From Camelus dromedarius (Eukaryota): a stretch of 64,000 nucleotides of DNA. Positions within the stretch are counted from its first letter, which is position 1; every line of letters starts with the position of its first letter. The translations under genes and the position numbers were made by a program. The DNA lies in contig NC_087436.1 in the NCBI RefSeq assembly GCF_036321535.1, positions 80,478,001-80,542,000 of the forward strand, read 5' to 3'. The notes under the pieces are model-generated. The model was given only the letters and a program-made list of their open reading frames with translations, searched no databases and was not told the DNA's origin. Positions 39,698-53,301 of the stretch are shown here, piece after piece.

Positions 39698-41718
39698 CTA
39701 AAACAGAAAACAAGAACACAAAAGTAGGTGCTATGTGATTATTTTATTCATGGCAAACTTGGTCTATTTAAACAGATCATGAATTGTAACATTTATCAAC
39801 TATTTGAGAACACATCCTGTTTTCACAAAAGGTCTTCTTTTTCTTCATCAGTTTCAGTCATTTAATTAAAAATAAAGAACAAAACTGATCAAGCTTTTAA
39901 TGCAGCTTTATGAATATTCTGATTCAAGAATTGTATATATTGAAACATTACATGTTTTAGAAACAATAAAGGGTATTACATAGGCCTACGCTTCAGAGTT
40001 TGGAAATGTGCAGGACTGTCGCTTTTTATTATCTGTAAGATTGATCTTGACTATAAGACCAGTGACCTCTCAATCTGAAATGACTTCGAGGCTGAAGAGG
40101 TAACAGGCCTGAAAGCAGCAAGAATGGAACCAGGAAAACACGAGGAGAAAAAACTTCTCTAAGTTCCAGCTGTCCCATTTTAATTACTAGAATTTTCATA
40201 AATTTTAATTTGGAAATTTATTTTGTTTTCAAGTTAAAAGTGCAATTTCTTTACAGATGCATTTGTTAAAACAGGTTATGGCCAGTTACTAGCTATATTT
40301 ATAAATATCTGATTTTTGAACACACAAACTGGACAAAACAAAAATCTGTATACACTGGCTCTTGGGAGGCAAATTAGTGACAATAATTATAAAGATATTA
40401 ACACAGAAAGTATTTGAGGCAAATGAAAACAAGCATCTACCTATAAAAATTGTCGCCAGGTTCACAACCATTAGGAGTACAGGCATTTGCAGGAGTGACC
40501 AAAAAATAGAGCCTTACAGAATAAGCTGGATTTTAGGAAGGATAAATACAGAACTAGGAAAAATATTAAATGGGTTAGAAAGACTGGTTAGAAATTCTGG
40601 CTTGTACATTATCTGAAAAATGCCAAGATTTTAAAAAATCTTCAGTCTATATACGATTTCAACTTTCTGTTCGTTTATAACATATAAATTTATTCCATGT
40701 GTGACACATGCCAAATCTTTACTTCCAGTTCCTTATTAATAGTATGCTTGTTCTTTCTGAGGACATCTCTACTTTTTATTACCTGCAGGTAATCAAAGAA
40801 CAAGCTTAGATAGACTGATGAACATACAAATGTGAAAGACTGACTACACATGACAAGGTTAAAGAATAACTCTAATCAATAACTTGCATCTTTCAACTAA
40901 GTGACGATACCAATTCTCACCATAAAGGAGTTAAAAAGAGCTGAATTTAGGGCAACATGGAAAAATTGACATTTTCCCAAGTTTCATCTTTATTATCTGG
41001 TTTTAAGTAATGTCACTGACAAAAGATAAGACATATTAACAAGCAACCCCAAGAACAAATTATCCACCACAAAGAGCTGAATCAAACACAATGTGTACAA
41101 ATACACACACAATCAAAAGCCAGTAGAATGTGGTAATCCTTGCAAATAAAGGTAACACTAGAACGGTCAATAGAACATTTGGCTGTCAGTAATTTCTTTT
41201 TACTTACAGCAATGAATCTGCTCTGAGTCATCCTGAATCCCCCTTGTTATCCAATTCATCAAGAGGCCGTTAGCAAATAGTTAAAGTAAGCTGATCACAG
41301 TAAATGACCGAGGAACATCAAGACTAACTGGTCTCCATGACCAGCTTCAAGAGCAGAGCATTTTAACCAAATGAATAACCAGTCTTATACTGCGCGTAAA
41401 ATTCAATCATTTCCTGTGACTAATTCAGAAAAAGATATTTTCTGTTTGTAATATTATTTCCAAATTTAGTACACCTTATATACAATGAAGCTAAACAGAA
41501 TCTAGTAATTTGGACTTCTGTCAGGAAAAAGTATCTAAAAGAATGGCTGAGTTGTAATAATATCAAAATTAGCAGCATATGCATTTGAAGTGCATTGTAA
41601 GTGCTGGTATTATCAGGAGTAGTTATTGAGGACTGTCATTGCCATTCAGTTCCTACAATGTTCAATTGGAAAGGGAGAATAATAATTAAACCTAAAGGAT
41701 AATTAAAAGACTGCATGC

Positions 41719-41723
<5 letters not shown>

Positions 41724-41764
<41 letters not shown>
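41724..41764. repeat. (CA)n microsatellite, ~20 perfect units
   Basis: Direct inspection. Confidence 0.97.
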
Positions 41765-41767
<3 letters not shown>

Positions 41768-43319
41768 GACAGGAATACTGATACTTAATGCTCTAATATT
41801 TTAAGTAAACAGATGTACCCTGTATAAGTATCAAAATTTGTATTAACTGACTTTCATTTGTTTAGCACAGAAATAACTAAAAGAAATGAGGGTAAAGTGA
41901 GGAAATTATTCTAAAAGATGACAATCACGATCCCATTACTCTCAAGACCATAAAAGCAGAAAGAAAAGAATTATTCTAAGGTTTAGAAGAATAAACACAT
42001 ACACAACAAAGAACAGAGCTTTCTTATTTTCAGAATTCCACGCAACACTGCAGAGAATGGCCCTGAGGAGTACAGAGGAACAGAAAGGTGAACAGTTACA
42101 AAGACACCTATGGTAATAATCCAGGTGAGTGATCTACAGAGCCTCAACCAAGTGGCAGTAGGGCTAGTAAAGGAGGGAGGAGCCAATAAATGTTTAGGAA
42201 GCGTAAGACAGAAAATAATAAACGAATTACACATGTGAGTGACCGGTTGGAATGGAGGCTGACTATAAACAACCTGCAGTGTTACACCCCTGCAAGTCTG
42301 CTGAACGTCAGGCCTGGACACATCTGCATCCAGAATAAAGGGAACCAGAACAGATAAAGGGCTCTTCAAAGTAAGCCCATGAGGAACAACACTTCAGTCA
42401 GTAGCATGAACAAAAATACAAAAAAAGAAAAACACATTATCTTTTTATATTGGTTAAAGTTTTATGAGAATTAATGTGCTACAAGAAAATGTTTATAAAG
42501 GTGAAGTCACAGAAGAGTTCTGAAAAAGACAGGTATGGTCTTTTCTTATGAAGAGGTACATTCTCTATTAAAAATACATGAAAAACACTCCCTGTGTTTA
42601 GCGAATAAATTTGGAAGCAATGGAGAGCTATGAATTACGGAGTACCACCTTGCAAAGATGTTTGTAGAACAGTTAAGGTAAAGAATCACTATGGAGTTGC
42701 TATTAAACAGAAGGATTGCTACATTTTTCTTTAACTTCCTTCTTTAGAAAAATCTCCCTACTAGTGAGGATACAAAGTTTTATAAAAGCTTTTGCTATAT
42801 AACACAGAAACAGAAGTCATTTTTCAAGCTTTAACATATACAGATACATACATTTACCAGCTTCACTTAACTCAGTTTACTTTTTATTTTAAATTTTATA
42901 TTTCTGTGCTGTTTCACTTGATCTAAAATCAGCAGTAAAAATAAGGTAGGTAAACTATATCTATGTATACAACAACATGAGGTAAATATATTCATGTTTT
43001 CCCTTTTAAATGTAATTATCAATGAATGGGTAAAAATTCCTTGATAACAATAATTTCCTTTTCATAGATGTTGAAAGGGAAACCAGTGAAGTCAAAGAAA
43101 AATGTTTCCCAAAGTACCCTGAACAAATAATTGACAAAAAGTAAAATAAAGACTGTCAAATATATCAGACATATACAGTTTTAACTTATAAACAGTCCAG
43201 ACCAAAGAGTTAAAATCTGTAGAGGACTCTCACTGCCTCGTTCTATCAGTGCTAAACACGGCATCATCACAACTGTATTTCCTAATCTCCATTCCTGTAC
43301 AATAGTCCATCATCTTTTG

Positions 43320-44840
43320 CATTTCTATACACAAGCAAGAAGCAATCCAAAACAGATTAAGAAAACAATTTTATTCACTAACAGTATCAAAAAGAATAAA
43401 ATACTTAAGGACAAATTTAACAAAGGAACTGAAAGTTCTATACGATGGACATTATTAAAACATTTTTAAGAGAAAATAGTAGGACCTAAGTAAATGGAAC
43501 TCATGAATTGGAGGATTCAATATTGTTACGATGTCAATTCTCCCCAAACTGATCTACAGGTTCAGTGTACTTCCACTCAGTATCTCAGCAGGATTTTTTT
43601 GTTTTCAATGATTGACATGAAGATTATTAAATTTATACAGAAGTTCCAAGGACCTAGAATATCCAAAATAGTTTTGAAAAGGAAGAACAAAATTGGACAA
43701 CTTAAATGACTATTTCAAGACTTACTTTAAAGATAAAGTAATCAAGACCATGTAGTATTGGTTTAAAGTTAGACACATTAATTAATGAAGTATAACTGCA
43801 AAGAGTCTCAGATACACGGTTACACACGGTGTTTTCAACAAAGGGCTCTAGCACATGTGGATATCCATATTGGAAAGAAAAACCCAACAAACTTTACTTT
43901 CTACTATATACAAAAATTAACTTAAACTATATCGTAGAACTTACTGTAAGAGTTAAGATATAAAACTGCTAGAAGAAAACAAGAGAAGATCTTAGTGAAT
44001 TGGGGTTAAGTAAGATTTCTTCAATATGGGCCAAAACCCACAAAATACTTTAAAAGTGATAAACTGGACTTCATCAAAATTAAAAACTTCTGTTCTTCAA
44101 CAGATACTACCAAGAAAAGAAGAGGCACATCAAGACTAGGAGAATACATTTACAAAATGTATACATATCTTACAAAGGACTTATGTAGAATAGTGAAAGA
44201 ACTCTTAAAATTCCAATAAAACAAACAACCCCATCAAGCATTGGGCACAGAGATCTGACACAAAGTAGAGATACAGACAGAAAATAAGCACATGAAAAGA
44301 TGCTTGAAATAATTCAGAAAAATGAACATTAAAAAACACAGTTAGATACTATTATACACTTACTCGAGTATTTAAAATTAAATATTAACACCACTAAGTG
44401 TTTCTGAGGATGTAAAGCAAACTTTCATACATTGCTGATGCAAATGCAAAAATGGGACAGCCACTTTAGAAAATACATTTGGCAGTTTTTTATAAAGTTT
44501 AACATATATTTAGCATATGAGTCAGCAATTGTACTGCTTGGTATTTACCCCAAAGAAATGAAAACATATAGTCCACACAAAGACTTGTTTTATATCAATG
44601 TTCCGAGTAGTTTTATTCATGCTAGTTAAACAACTGGTGAGCAGATAAACAAATTTCAGGATATCTAAACAATGAAATTCTATACAGCATGAAGAAGAAA
44701 CAAACTTCAGATACATACAAGAACATGGATGAATCTTGAAAGTGAAAAAAGCGAGATACAAGAAACTACATACTGTATGACTCTAGTTTATGAAATTTTA
44801 CAAAGAGCAAAATCAAAGCCCATCAGTGGTTGCCAGGGCA
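43320..44840 (+). mobile_element. Old, degraded L1M-type LINE-1 (ORF2 3' half + 3' UTR)
   Basis: Decayed ORF2 motifs (LLGIYPKEMKTY; ggacttcatcaaaattaaaaacttctg); boundaries approximate. Confidence 0.85.
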
Positions 44841-46042
44841 AAGGGCACTGATGTTTTTGAAAAAGAAACTGATAATATCAAGGTTAGGTCACTCACAATC
44901 ACCTGAATTCTGACTCTTAGGATAGCATCCTTTCTAGTTAACATTGCTTTCATAGACATGATGTCACTGGATTCTCAAAGGTGCTAGGTTATATATTTAT
45001 TATCCATGTTATAGATGGTACAAAGTTAGGCAGACATATGAGAAAGATTAATTTAGCTGCATTAAATCTCTCATTACAAAAAATTACACTACTGTAACTA
45101 AATTTTTTCCCAGTGTCACAATCAGATTGATTAGCCAAATGAAACAAAGTCCAAAATAGGAAGTACATTGCTGAGCTATTTTTACATTAACTCACAGGAA
45201 GAGTTAACTGTGGAATACTCAAGCTAGAGCCTATAAATTAGAAGAGTTCATTTAATATTTTTTCTTTAATATTAAATAAAATGAAGCCTTGAACTGCTCA
45301 GTAAAATATTCTTGGATTTCACTTATTTAAAAAGTTCTGTATAACCTATACAGTGAAGGTACATCTTATAGAAGTAGTTTTGATAACTTCAATCTAAGTT
45401 GTAATTTTTCAGTATAATTTTCTCCAGCAAAATAAATTTAGGATATTCTAGTATATCTATTTATTCTCAGTGACTTAAACATTTATAGCTGCTGACTTCT
45501 GTCGTAAAATACACAGATAAAGTGCTGTGAAATTTAAATAACCAGACATGTTGATATTAAATTTTACATGCAAGTATCATAACTCTATTGAATATTTAGT
45601 AAGTAACAATAATGTGAAAGAAATTATTAGAGGCCTCTGCACTCGGGTATTTTCAGAATGGTTATTGTGCATTAAAAAGATTAAATAAACAGTAAAACTA
45701 GCTTGTACTCTCCCATAGTTAAATGTTATTAATTACACAAGAAGTTTTCTTAGTAAAAGATCATTCATTGAAAGCCAAAGTTAGAAAATCTGAACCATAA
45801 AATTCATTTCCTGTAATGTAACTTCTCTGTACCTAGGTCTGTTTAGTTTTAAATAAAATATAAGCATTTGCACCTGTGCTTTCTATATACATCTTATGTA
45901 AAGACAGGCATAGAGATCAGAGTGTGAATCAAGCTCCATCTGCAGAAAGTGGAAATGGGTGGTGTGTCAACATTCAAAAGAGTTATGTCTGGATTATTAA
46001 AATGTTGGAATGTTAAAATAAAATACTAAAATGCAAATTTTA

Positions 46043-46200
46043 GGGGGGAAGGTATAGCTCAAGTGTAGAGCACATGCTTAGCATGCAGGAGGTCCTAGGT
46101 TCAATCCCCACTACCTCCTCTAAAAAAAAATAAATGAAGAAACCTAATTACCTCCCCTTCAATAAATAAACAAACAAACAAAGTGAAAATAAAATAAAAT
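46043..46200 (+). mobile_element. Vic-1-like SINE
   Basis: ggtatagctcaagtgtagagcacatgcttagcatg...ggttcaatcccca, A-rich tail. Confidence 0.85.
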
Positions 46201-46419
46201 ATAAATTCCATTGATTTTATGATACTTTTATATTATTTTAAAATATTTCATCTGCTAAAGACTGTCACTCAAGAAATTACACCATAAAAAGCACCAACTT
46301 TAATGAAAAAGTATATTACCTTTATACAAATAACACAAATAAAGAGAAAAGTCAGACTAATTCATTCTTTCTCTATTTCTTTGAGTGGATCAGAATCGGG
46401 GGGAAAGAAAAAGACTCAC

Positions 46420-46586
46420 CTTTGCCTGCTGGCTGAGGTACTGCAAATCCAGGCAATAAAAAGGGTGCCCCTGTGGTAATACCAGCTGGTTTTAGTTCAC
46501 TGACACCATACGTTGTTAGGGAAGTTATCAGATTAACCAGGTCTTTCAAGGCATCTTTGGATTCTGCCTCTTTTGCTTGTTCCAAC
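46420..46586 (-). CDS. WDFY3: WDFY3 exon 10 (167 nt) LEQAKE...PAGK
   Basis: cctag|GTTGG, AAG|gtgagt; peptide match. Confidence 0.96.
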
Positions 46587-48248
46587 CTAGGAAAAGTGTG
46601 ATTTAGCAAATATTTTCTCTTGTATTTTCAAATTTAATACAGACATTTTCGGTTTTATATGCAATAAATGAATGTATAGAGTACCACAAGAAATTTCTTC
46701 TTACATTATTCCTATATAAAAACAAACTATTTTTATTAAGTCCATTAATTTTATTATAAGGCATTACACTATACTTGAAATAAATTATTATCTATACTCA
46801 GAAGACCTGATAAATACTGATTTTGCCAGTAACAGTGTTATTTTAGGTAATTACTAATCTTTGGTAGAAAGACTATATAACATTAAAGGATTAGATTAAA
46901 TATCTCTAAAGTTCCCTAAGGTTCTAAGATGATAAAAGTTTCACTGTTTACAATCAAAAACCGTATTAACCATTTCTTTTCTAAGAAATTTTCTGTTAAC
47001 AACTTTAAAAGTGAATTCCTTGGGAAGATTTGCAAGAGTTTATCTTTATTTCATTAATTAAGTCAGATACTCTCATTAGAGTACACTTAAGTAAAGCTGA
47101 GAGTCTAACAACTTTTGAAAACAATCTTAATTTCTTTAAACTAAATGTGGAAAGTTTCATTTTAACAATTATTTTCATGCCATACACAGAATATTGTAAC
47201 CTTTTTTTTCCCCCCACTTATGAGTGTTGTGTACATGGCTCTCCATGGTAGTATAAACTCACCATAGGTATGCTTTTAATGGCCATGAGGAGCCAACCAT
47301 GGCTTTGGGGAGTGGAGAGTGGGACAGCTAGTAGAAATCAGAATACAGAAGCACTAACATACATAAAATTTTGTCCACATTTAGAATTTTATCTTTAGGA
47401 TCAACAACCACAAGTGAAATTATTGTGTCAAAGAATATCAACATTTTTAAGGCTCTTGATACTATCTGGTCAATCTGCATTCTCAAAGGATTTCATCAAT
47501 TAGTAATGGGAAATGGTTATTTCATTAACTTTCATATATCCTCATTTGCAAATTAGGATATACATGCAAAGTTATATTCTTGAGGGTTGCCTAGTATTAA
47601 GTAATGGCAACTAGGTCAAACTGGTATTAAAAATAAAAAGTTTACAAAATAGTGCTGGTTTACAGTAGATCAAATGATTTAAAAATATTTAATGGTCTGG
47701 AAGCAACTAGTGAGACATAAGTATCTTCTTCCTAATAAACTTATAATCAGCCATTTTGCCAGTATCTGCACCAAACATTTGAGATGAAAGAGGAGGCTAC
47801 TGAAAGATTTTTAGACTGACTAATTTGTTTTATACATACATTTGTAAGGTATTCATTCAATCTGCATAATTATTCTTGTTATTAACTACATTAATAATAA
47901 CACTGGAGTTACTAATAAGGAAAGCCAAAAATATAATTAAGCAAGGAGAGTTTATACTTTAGGAAGATGTTAATTAGCTCATTTAAACTCCTCACCCTTT
48001 ACTAAAGAGTGGATTTATTCTTCACATCTAACCACTGACTCCACATTTGCAGCTTCCATGTCCCAATCTAATGCTAAATTCACTTTGTACCCTCCTGACA
48101 GAACAGGAATAAAAAGAAGTGATTAAAGCTAAGATTAAATAAGTGATTGGTTGATTTCTTTTTTCCCATAACCCCAAACTACATCATTTCTTTTGCTGAA
48201 AAGACTGAGCAGACACTGAAAATAGAGTCTTAAATTGTAAGGTTTTAC

Positions 48249-48435
48249 CTAAGCAAGAGATCACAAAGGAAATTATATCCTTGCCATATCCGAAAATCAT
48301 CCAAAAGAGTTTGGGAAACATCACTGGAATCTTTGAGGAAACAAGAAAGCCCAGCAAACATTTCAACAATTTCTAGGGGAGACAGGTCATCTGACTGCTG
48401 CATATTCTGAACACATGTAGATAAACATTCTTTTT
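48249..48435 (-). CDS. WDFY3: WDFY3 exon 9 (187 nt) EKECLST...CDLLLR
   Basis: aacag|AAAAAG, TAG|gtaaaa; hand translation (correct frame absent from ORF track). Confidence 0.95.
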
Positions 48436-49708
48436 CTGTTAATAAAAAAAAAAAAATTTAAAGAATTAAATATATATATATAATTCATGTTAATTGCTTA
48501 AGAACATTTTCTTCATTCTTAACTGGTGTTTAACAAAACATTAAATGAGACATTAAATTTTAATGTATCTGCAAAATACTGTAAGACAAATGTTACACAT
48601 TCTAAAAGTAAACAGAAGATTCAAATTCACTGGGAAAGCTCTGCTTCGAAGTAGTAAACAAAGGGTAACACAGGAAGTGTTAAAATAAGTTGACATTTAT
48701 TATCATTTTTACATCGTATTTGTTTTGTCATTAAACACAATGACTGCCTGCTGCCAAATGATATTTTTGATCTTTTATATTAATATAGTAAAAGGAAGAA
48801 AAAAATTAAAACTATCTTTTAAGTCTAAGGAAAAAAATCTATTAACTAGTTAAAAGTTTAAATTAGAGTAAATACAGACCAGTGAGATATAGAAATTTCA
48901 GGAAATAAATTTTAAAATTATGTTTGTACTATATATTACTAGTTTAAGACAGTTAATACTGACTTTGGGGATTGTAGGCATTTCAAAGACTTCCCTTGCT
49001 TATCTTTAATAAAATGTATTTGTCTCAAGAAACCCAGTGTCACTTAACAAAAGCTAAGAGGATTTAACATACGAATAGAGGCAAGAAACGTTTAATGATG
49101 GACTGATGTCAAGCAAGTGAACAAATAGTTGTATTAAAAATTATTTTGAAAGATTTTTTAGTGAGATATATATATATATATATACACACACAAAAAAATA
49201 CTACAAATGTCTATTTAGACATTTTAAGGGACAGTTGATACGTATATGAGCTAAAAAGAATGAACAATTTCTCCATAGTGCTGATAAAGAATCCACCTAA
49301 TTTCATTTCTCTGCATCAGACTGTCTACTTATAAAATATCTTCAAAAAGACTTTTAACAATAGCATAGAAAAAAAGCCTTTTTTTTTTCCAGCAAGAGGA
49401 GAGAAGAACAGGCTATGATAAAGAAGACAAAGAACTTTCATTATATTATGATTGATCATTTACATGCTAATGCAATTATTTTAACTCTTTTAGATATCCA
49501 TCATTTGGAACAAATGCGAATTTCTTACATTTGAAATGCCTCACAAATAAAAAATAAATTTTTTCTCCTGGCAAATATACTTTTTAATTTAAAATGGAAT
49601 CTTTGGAGGACTGAGAGATAAAAATAAATCTGCCACCATGTGAGGGAAGAGAAAAGTAAGTGAAAGAAATTCAGAGGACCTAAAATAAATATGTTAACAG
49701 ATATTCAC

Positions 49709-49901
49709 CATGAATATACTTCACAACATTGACACTAAGACCGTGGCGGGATATGGTCATAAGGACTTCTCCGGCACTCTTCCTCCAAGGCAGGTTATAG
49801 GGAGGGCACCAAGAGGTTATTGCACTGAATAAAAGCTGGAGATCGTCTTTTTGAGCCAGCTCCTCCGCTGGAGAAACAAAACTGCAGAGTTTCACTAAGA
49901 T
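49709..49901 (-). CDS. WDFY3: WDFY3 exon 8 (193 nt) ILVKLC...VKYIH
   Basis: ttttag|ATCTTA, CATG|gtgaat; peptide match. Confidence 0.96.
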
Positions 49902-51394
49902 CTAAAACAACAAGCAAAGAAAATACGTATATAAATAAAAGAATGATTGGTGAAAGGAAGGAGCTGGAGAAGGACTAGATCTAATTATTAAAACTTTCAA
50001 AAGTTCAGGGTCAGCACTGAGTAATATCACTAAAGCCACAATGATGAGTGCTCTAACTTTGGCAACATTAAAAAAGACATCTATAATTTAGAAGTGTTTT
50101 ATGGTAAGACAGTTAACCACCCCTACTTTTATCTGCTTATTTTTTTTTAAAAAAACATTCTATGCTTACTATCTTCTCTTCACCATGTATTTTTGTATAC
50201 CTTACCCTGAAATGGAATAAATCAACAGTAACTTTCAAGATCAACATTTTAGTTTTCTAATTTGGTTCTTTAATTCTTAGTTTGTCATAGGTAAAATGTA
50301 ATTTTCTTCTCTAAAAGGGACAGTTTTAGGGAGACGAGGACGGAAGAACAGATCTTTAAAAACATTTTCAAATTGCTCTACCTTCTACACAAGTAGAAGG
50401 GGATATTAGAATAATAAAATCATCTTAATTCAGAAGTATCTTTTAATTATGTCTGACAGCCAAAAATCTTCTAAAGCATGGCTTTCAAAGAAAATTCAAC
50501 ATGTCTTAAACTCTGGAATGAGAATTTATTCCTTACCTATGATTTGCAAAATACATATTACATAAGAGTTTACAGCACTAAGGTTGCCTGCTACTTGGGG
50601 AATTCAGCTATCCTCGATGGATTTTTTTCTTTGAATCTCAATTTGGTGTCAAGAAAAGTTAACTTTTTTCTCTGTAATAAAGCTTTTCATCTAAATATTC
50701 TTAAAAATATACAGAATGAATAAAATAGCTATAATTTATAAAATAATTATATTCTCTTAAAGTAAAAGTACTTCATGGAATTTGAGTATTTTAATATCTA
50801 TGGGGAAAATGCTAAACAGAAAAAAGTATTTAAAATACCGTTTTTTGTCCGAGAGAGCTAGGTCTTGCTTTTCCAATTTCCTTCAATGCAAAATTTTACT
50901 TAAATGTAAGATTTTCTCATTCACAGCTAACACATAACAGGAAAAAAAGATCAAGCATTCGGAGAAACAACAAAACATTTATAAAATCAGTAAGTACAAG
51001 CATCCTCCAACAAAAAAATACCTGGAGAAATGACTGGATACCGGATTTCCATTAATACATGTAGTATGTGTAACTTTTCCCATATGTGTCCAATTCAATA
51101 AAAAAGATACATGAAAAAAAGACAGCCAATTGTAGCCAAAAAATATATGCTCAGAAGGGTGTATTGCTGATTGTACTTTTTGTTGATTCTCACACTGCCC
51201 TTATGTGATTAGAAGGACAGATGGTCATTTCTTTAATTTGTAACATAAAAACAAACCCCAAAATAAAATACTTATTTCCAAATCAAATCATGGTTCTCAA
51301 AACTAAGCTAGATTTAATTTTGTGATGTTGACTCTTAAGGTAACTAGTTCTTAATCTTCAAAAGCAAAAGGATTCTTATAAATAATCTAGTATA

Positions 51395-53301
51395 TTAACA
51401 ACAAAATATCAGAAAGAGAAATTAAGGAAACAATCCCATTTCCATTGCATCAAAAAGAATAAAATACTTAGGAATAAACCTACTGAAGGGGACAAGAGAC
51501 CTGTACTCCAAATACTGAAAGATGCTGATGAAAGAAATTGAAGACGACACAAACAAATGGAAAGATATACCATGTTCTTGGATTGGAAAAATCAATATTG
51601 TTAAAATGACCATACTACCCAAGGCAATATACAGATTCAACACAATCCCTATCAAATTATCAATGACATTTTTCACAAAACTGGAACAAAAAAAATTTTT
51701 TAATTTGTGTGGAAACCCAAAAGATCCAAAAGGGCCAAAACAATCTTGAGAAAGAAGGATGAAGCTGGAGGAAATCACTCTCCCTGACTTCAGACTATAC
51801 TACAAAGCTACAGTCATCAAGTGTATGGTACTGGCACAAAAACAGACACACAGATCAATGGAACAGGATGGAAAGTCCAAAAATAAATCCATGCACTTAC
51901 AGTCAATTAGCCTATGACAAAAGAGGTAAGAATATACAACGGAGAAAAGAAAGTCTCTTCAATAAGTGGTGCTGGGAAAATGGGACAGCTACATGTAAAA
52001 GGATAAAATTAGAACATTCTCTAACACCATATAAAAGATAAACTCAAAGAAATGGATTAAAGACCTAAATGGAAGACCAGATACTATAAAACTCCTGAAG
52101 AAAAACATAGGCAGAATACTGACATAAATCACAGCAATATTTTTTTGAATCAGTCTCTTACAGTAATGGAAACAAAAGCAAAAACAAACAGAACCTAATA
52201 AAACTTAAAAGCTTTTGCACAGAAAAGGAAACCATAAAGAAAATAAGAGAACCTACAGAATGGGAAAAAATATTTGCAAACAATGCAACCAACAAGGGCT
52301 TAAATTCCAAAATATATGAACAGCTTATACAACTCAGTATCAAAAAAACCCCAAACAACTCAATCAAAGAGTAAGTATAAGACCTAAATAGACATTTCTC
52401 CAAAGAAGACATACAATGGCCAATAGGCACATGAAAAGATGCTCCACATCACTAATTAGAGAAATTCAAATCAAAACTATAATAAGATATTAACTCACAC
52501 AAGTCAGAATGGCCACCATTTTAAAAGTCCACAAAATGCTAGAGAGGGTGTGGAGAAAAGGGAACCCTCCTTCAGTGTTGGTGGGAATGTAATTTGGTGC
52601 AGCAACTATGGAAAACAGTATGGAGATTCCTTAAAAAACTAAAAATAGACTTATCCTATGATTCAGCAATCCCATTCCTGGGTATATATCCAGAGGGAAC
52701 CCTAATTCAAAAAGATACATGCACCCCAATGATCGTAGCAGAACTATATACAATAGCCAAGACATGGAAGCAACCTAAATGTCCATCAATAGATGTATGG
52801 CCAGGGAAGTTGTGATATATATATATATGTAACAGAATATTACTCAGCTGTAAAAAGGAAAGAAATAATGCCATTTGCAGCAACATGGGTGGACCTAGAG
52901 ATGATCATACTAAGTGAAACCAGACAGAGAAAGACAAATACCATATATCACTTATATGTGGAATCTAAAAAGATGATACAAAATGAACTTCTTTACAAAA
53001 CAGAAACAAACTCACAGACATAGAAAACAAACTTATGGTTACCAAAGGGGAAAGTGGTCAGGGGATAAATTGGGAATTTGGGTTTAATAGATACACCCTA
53101 CTGTACATAAAATAGATAAACAAAGACCTACTACACAGCACAGGGAAATCTATTCACTATCTTGTAATAACTTAAAATGGAAAAGAATCTGAAAAAGATT
53201 TTATTTATATATAAATAAATAATGTATATATAACTGAAGCACTTCGTTGTATACCTGAAACACTATAAATCAACTATACTTCATTTAAAAAAATTAAAAA
53301 T
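51395..53301 (+). mobile_element. 5'-truncated LINE-1 (ORF2 C-terminal part + 3' UTR), frameshifted
   Basis: ORF2 peptides [19 protein letters not shown] and LWKTVWRFLKKLK; TSD taatctagtata (51383-51394/53302-53313). Confidence 0.95.

Noticed and set aside
51422..53023. Active reverse transcriptase/novel RT system
   Set aside because: 5'-truncated, frameshifted L1 ORF2 fragments and their antisense shadows
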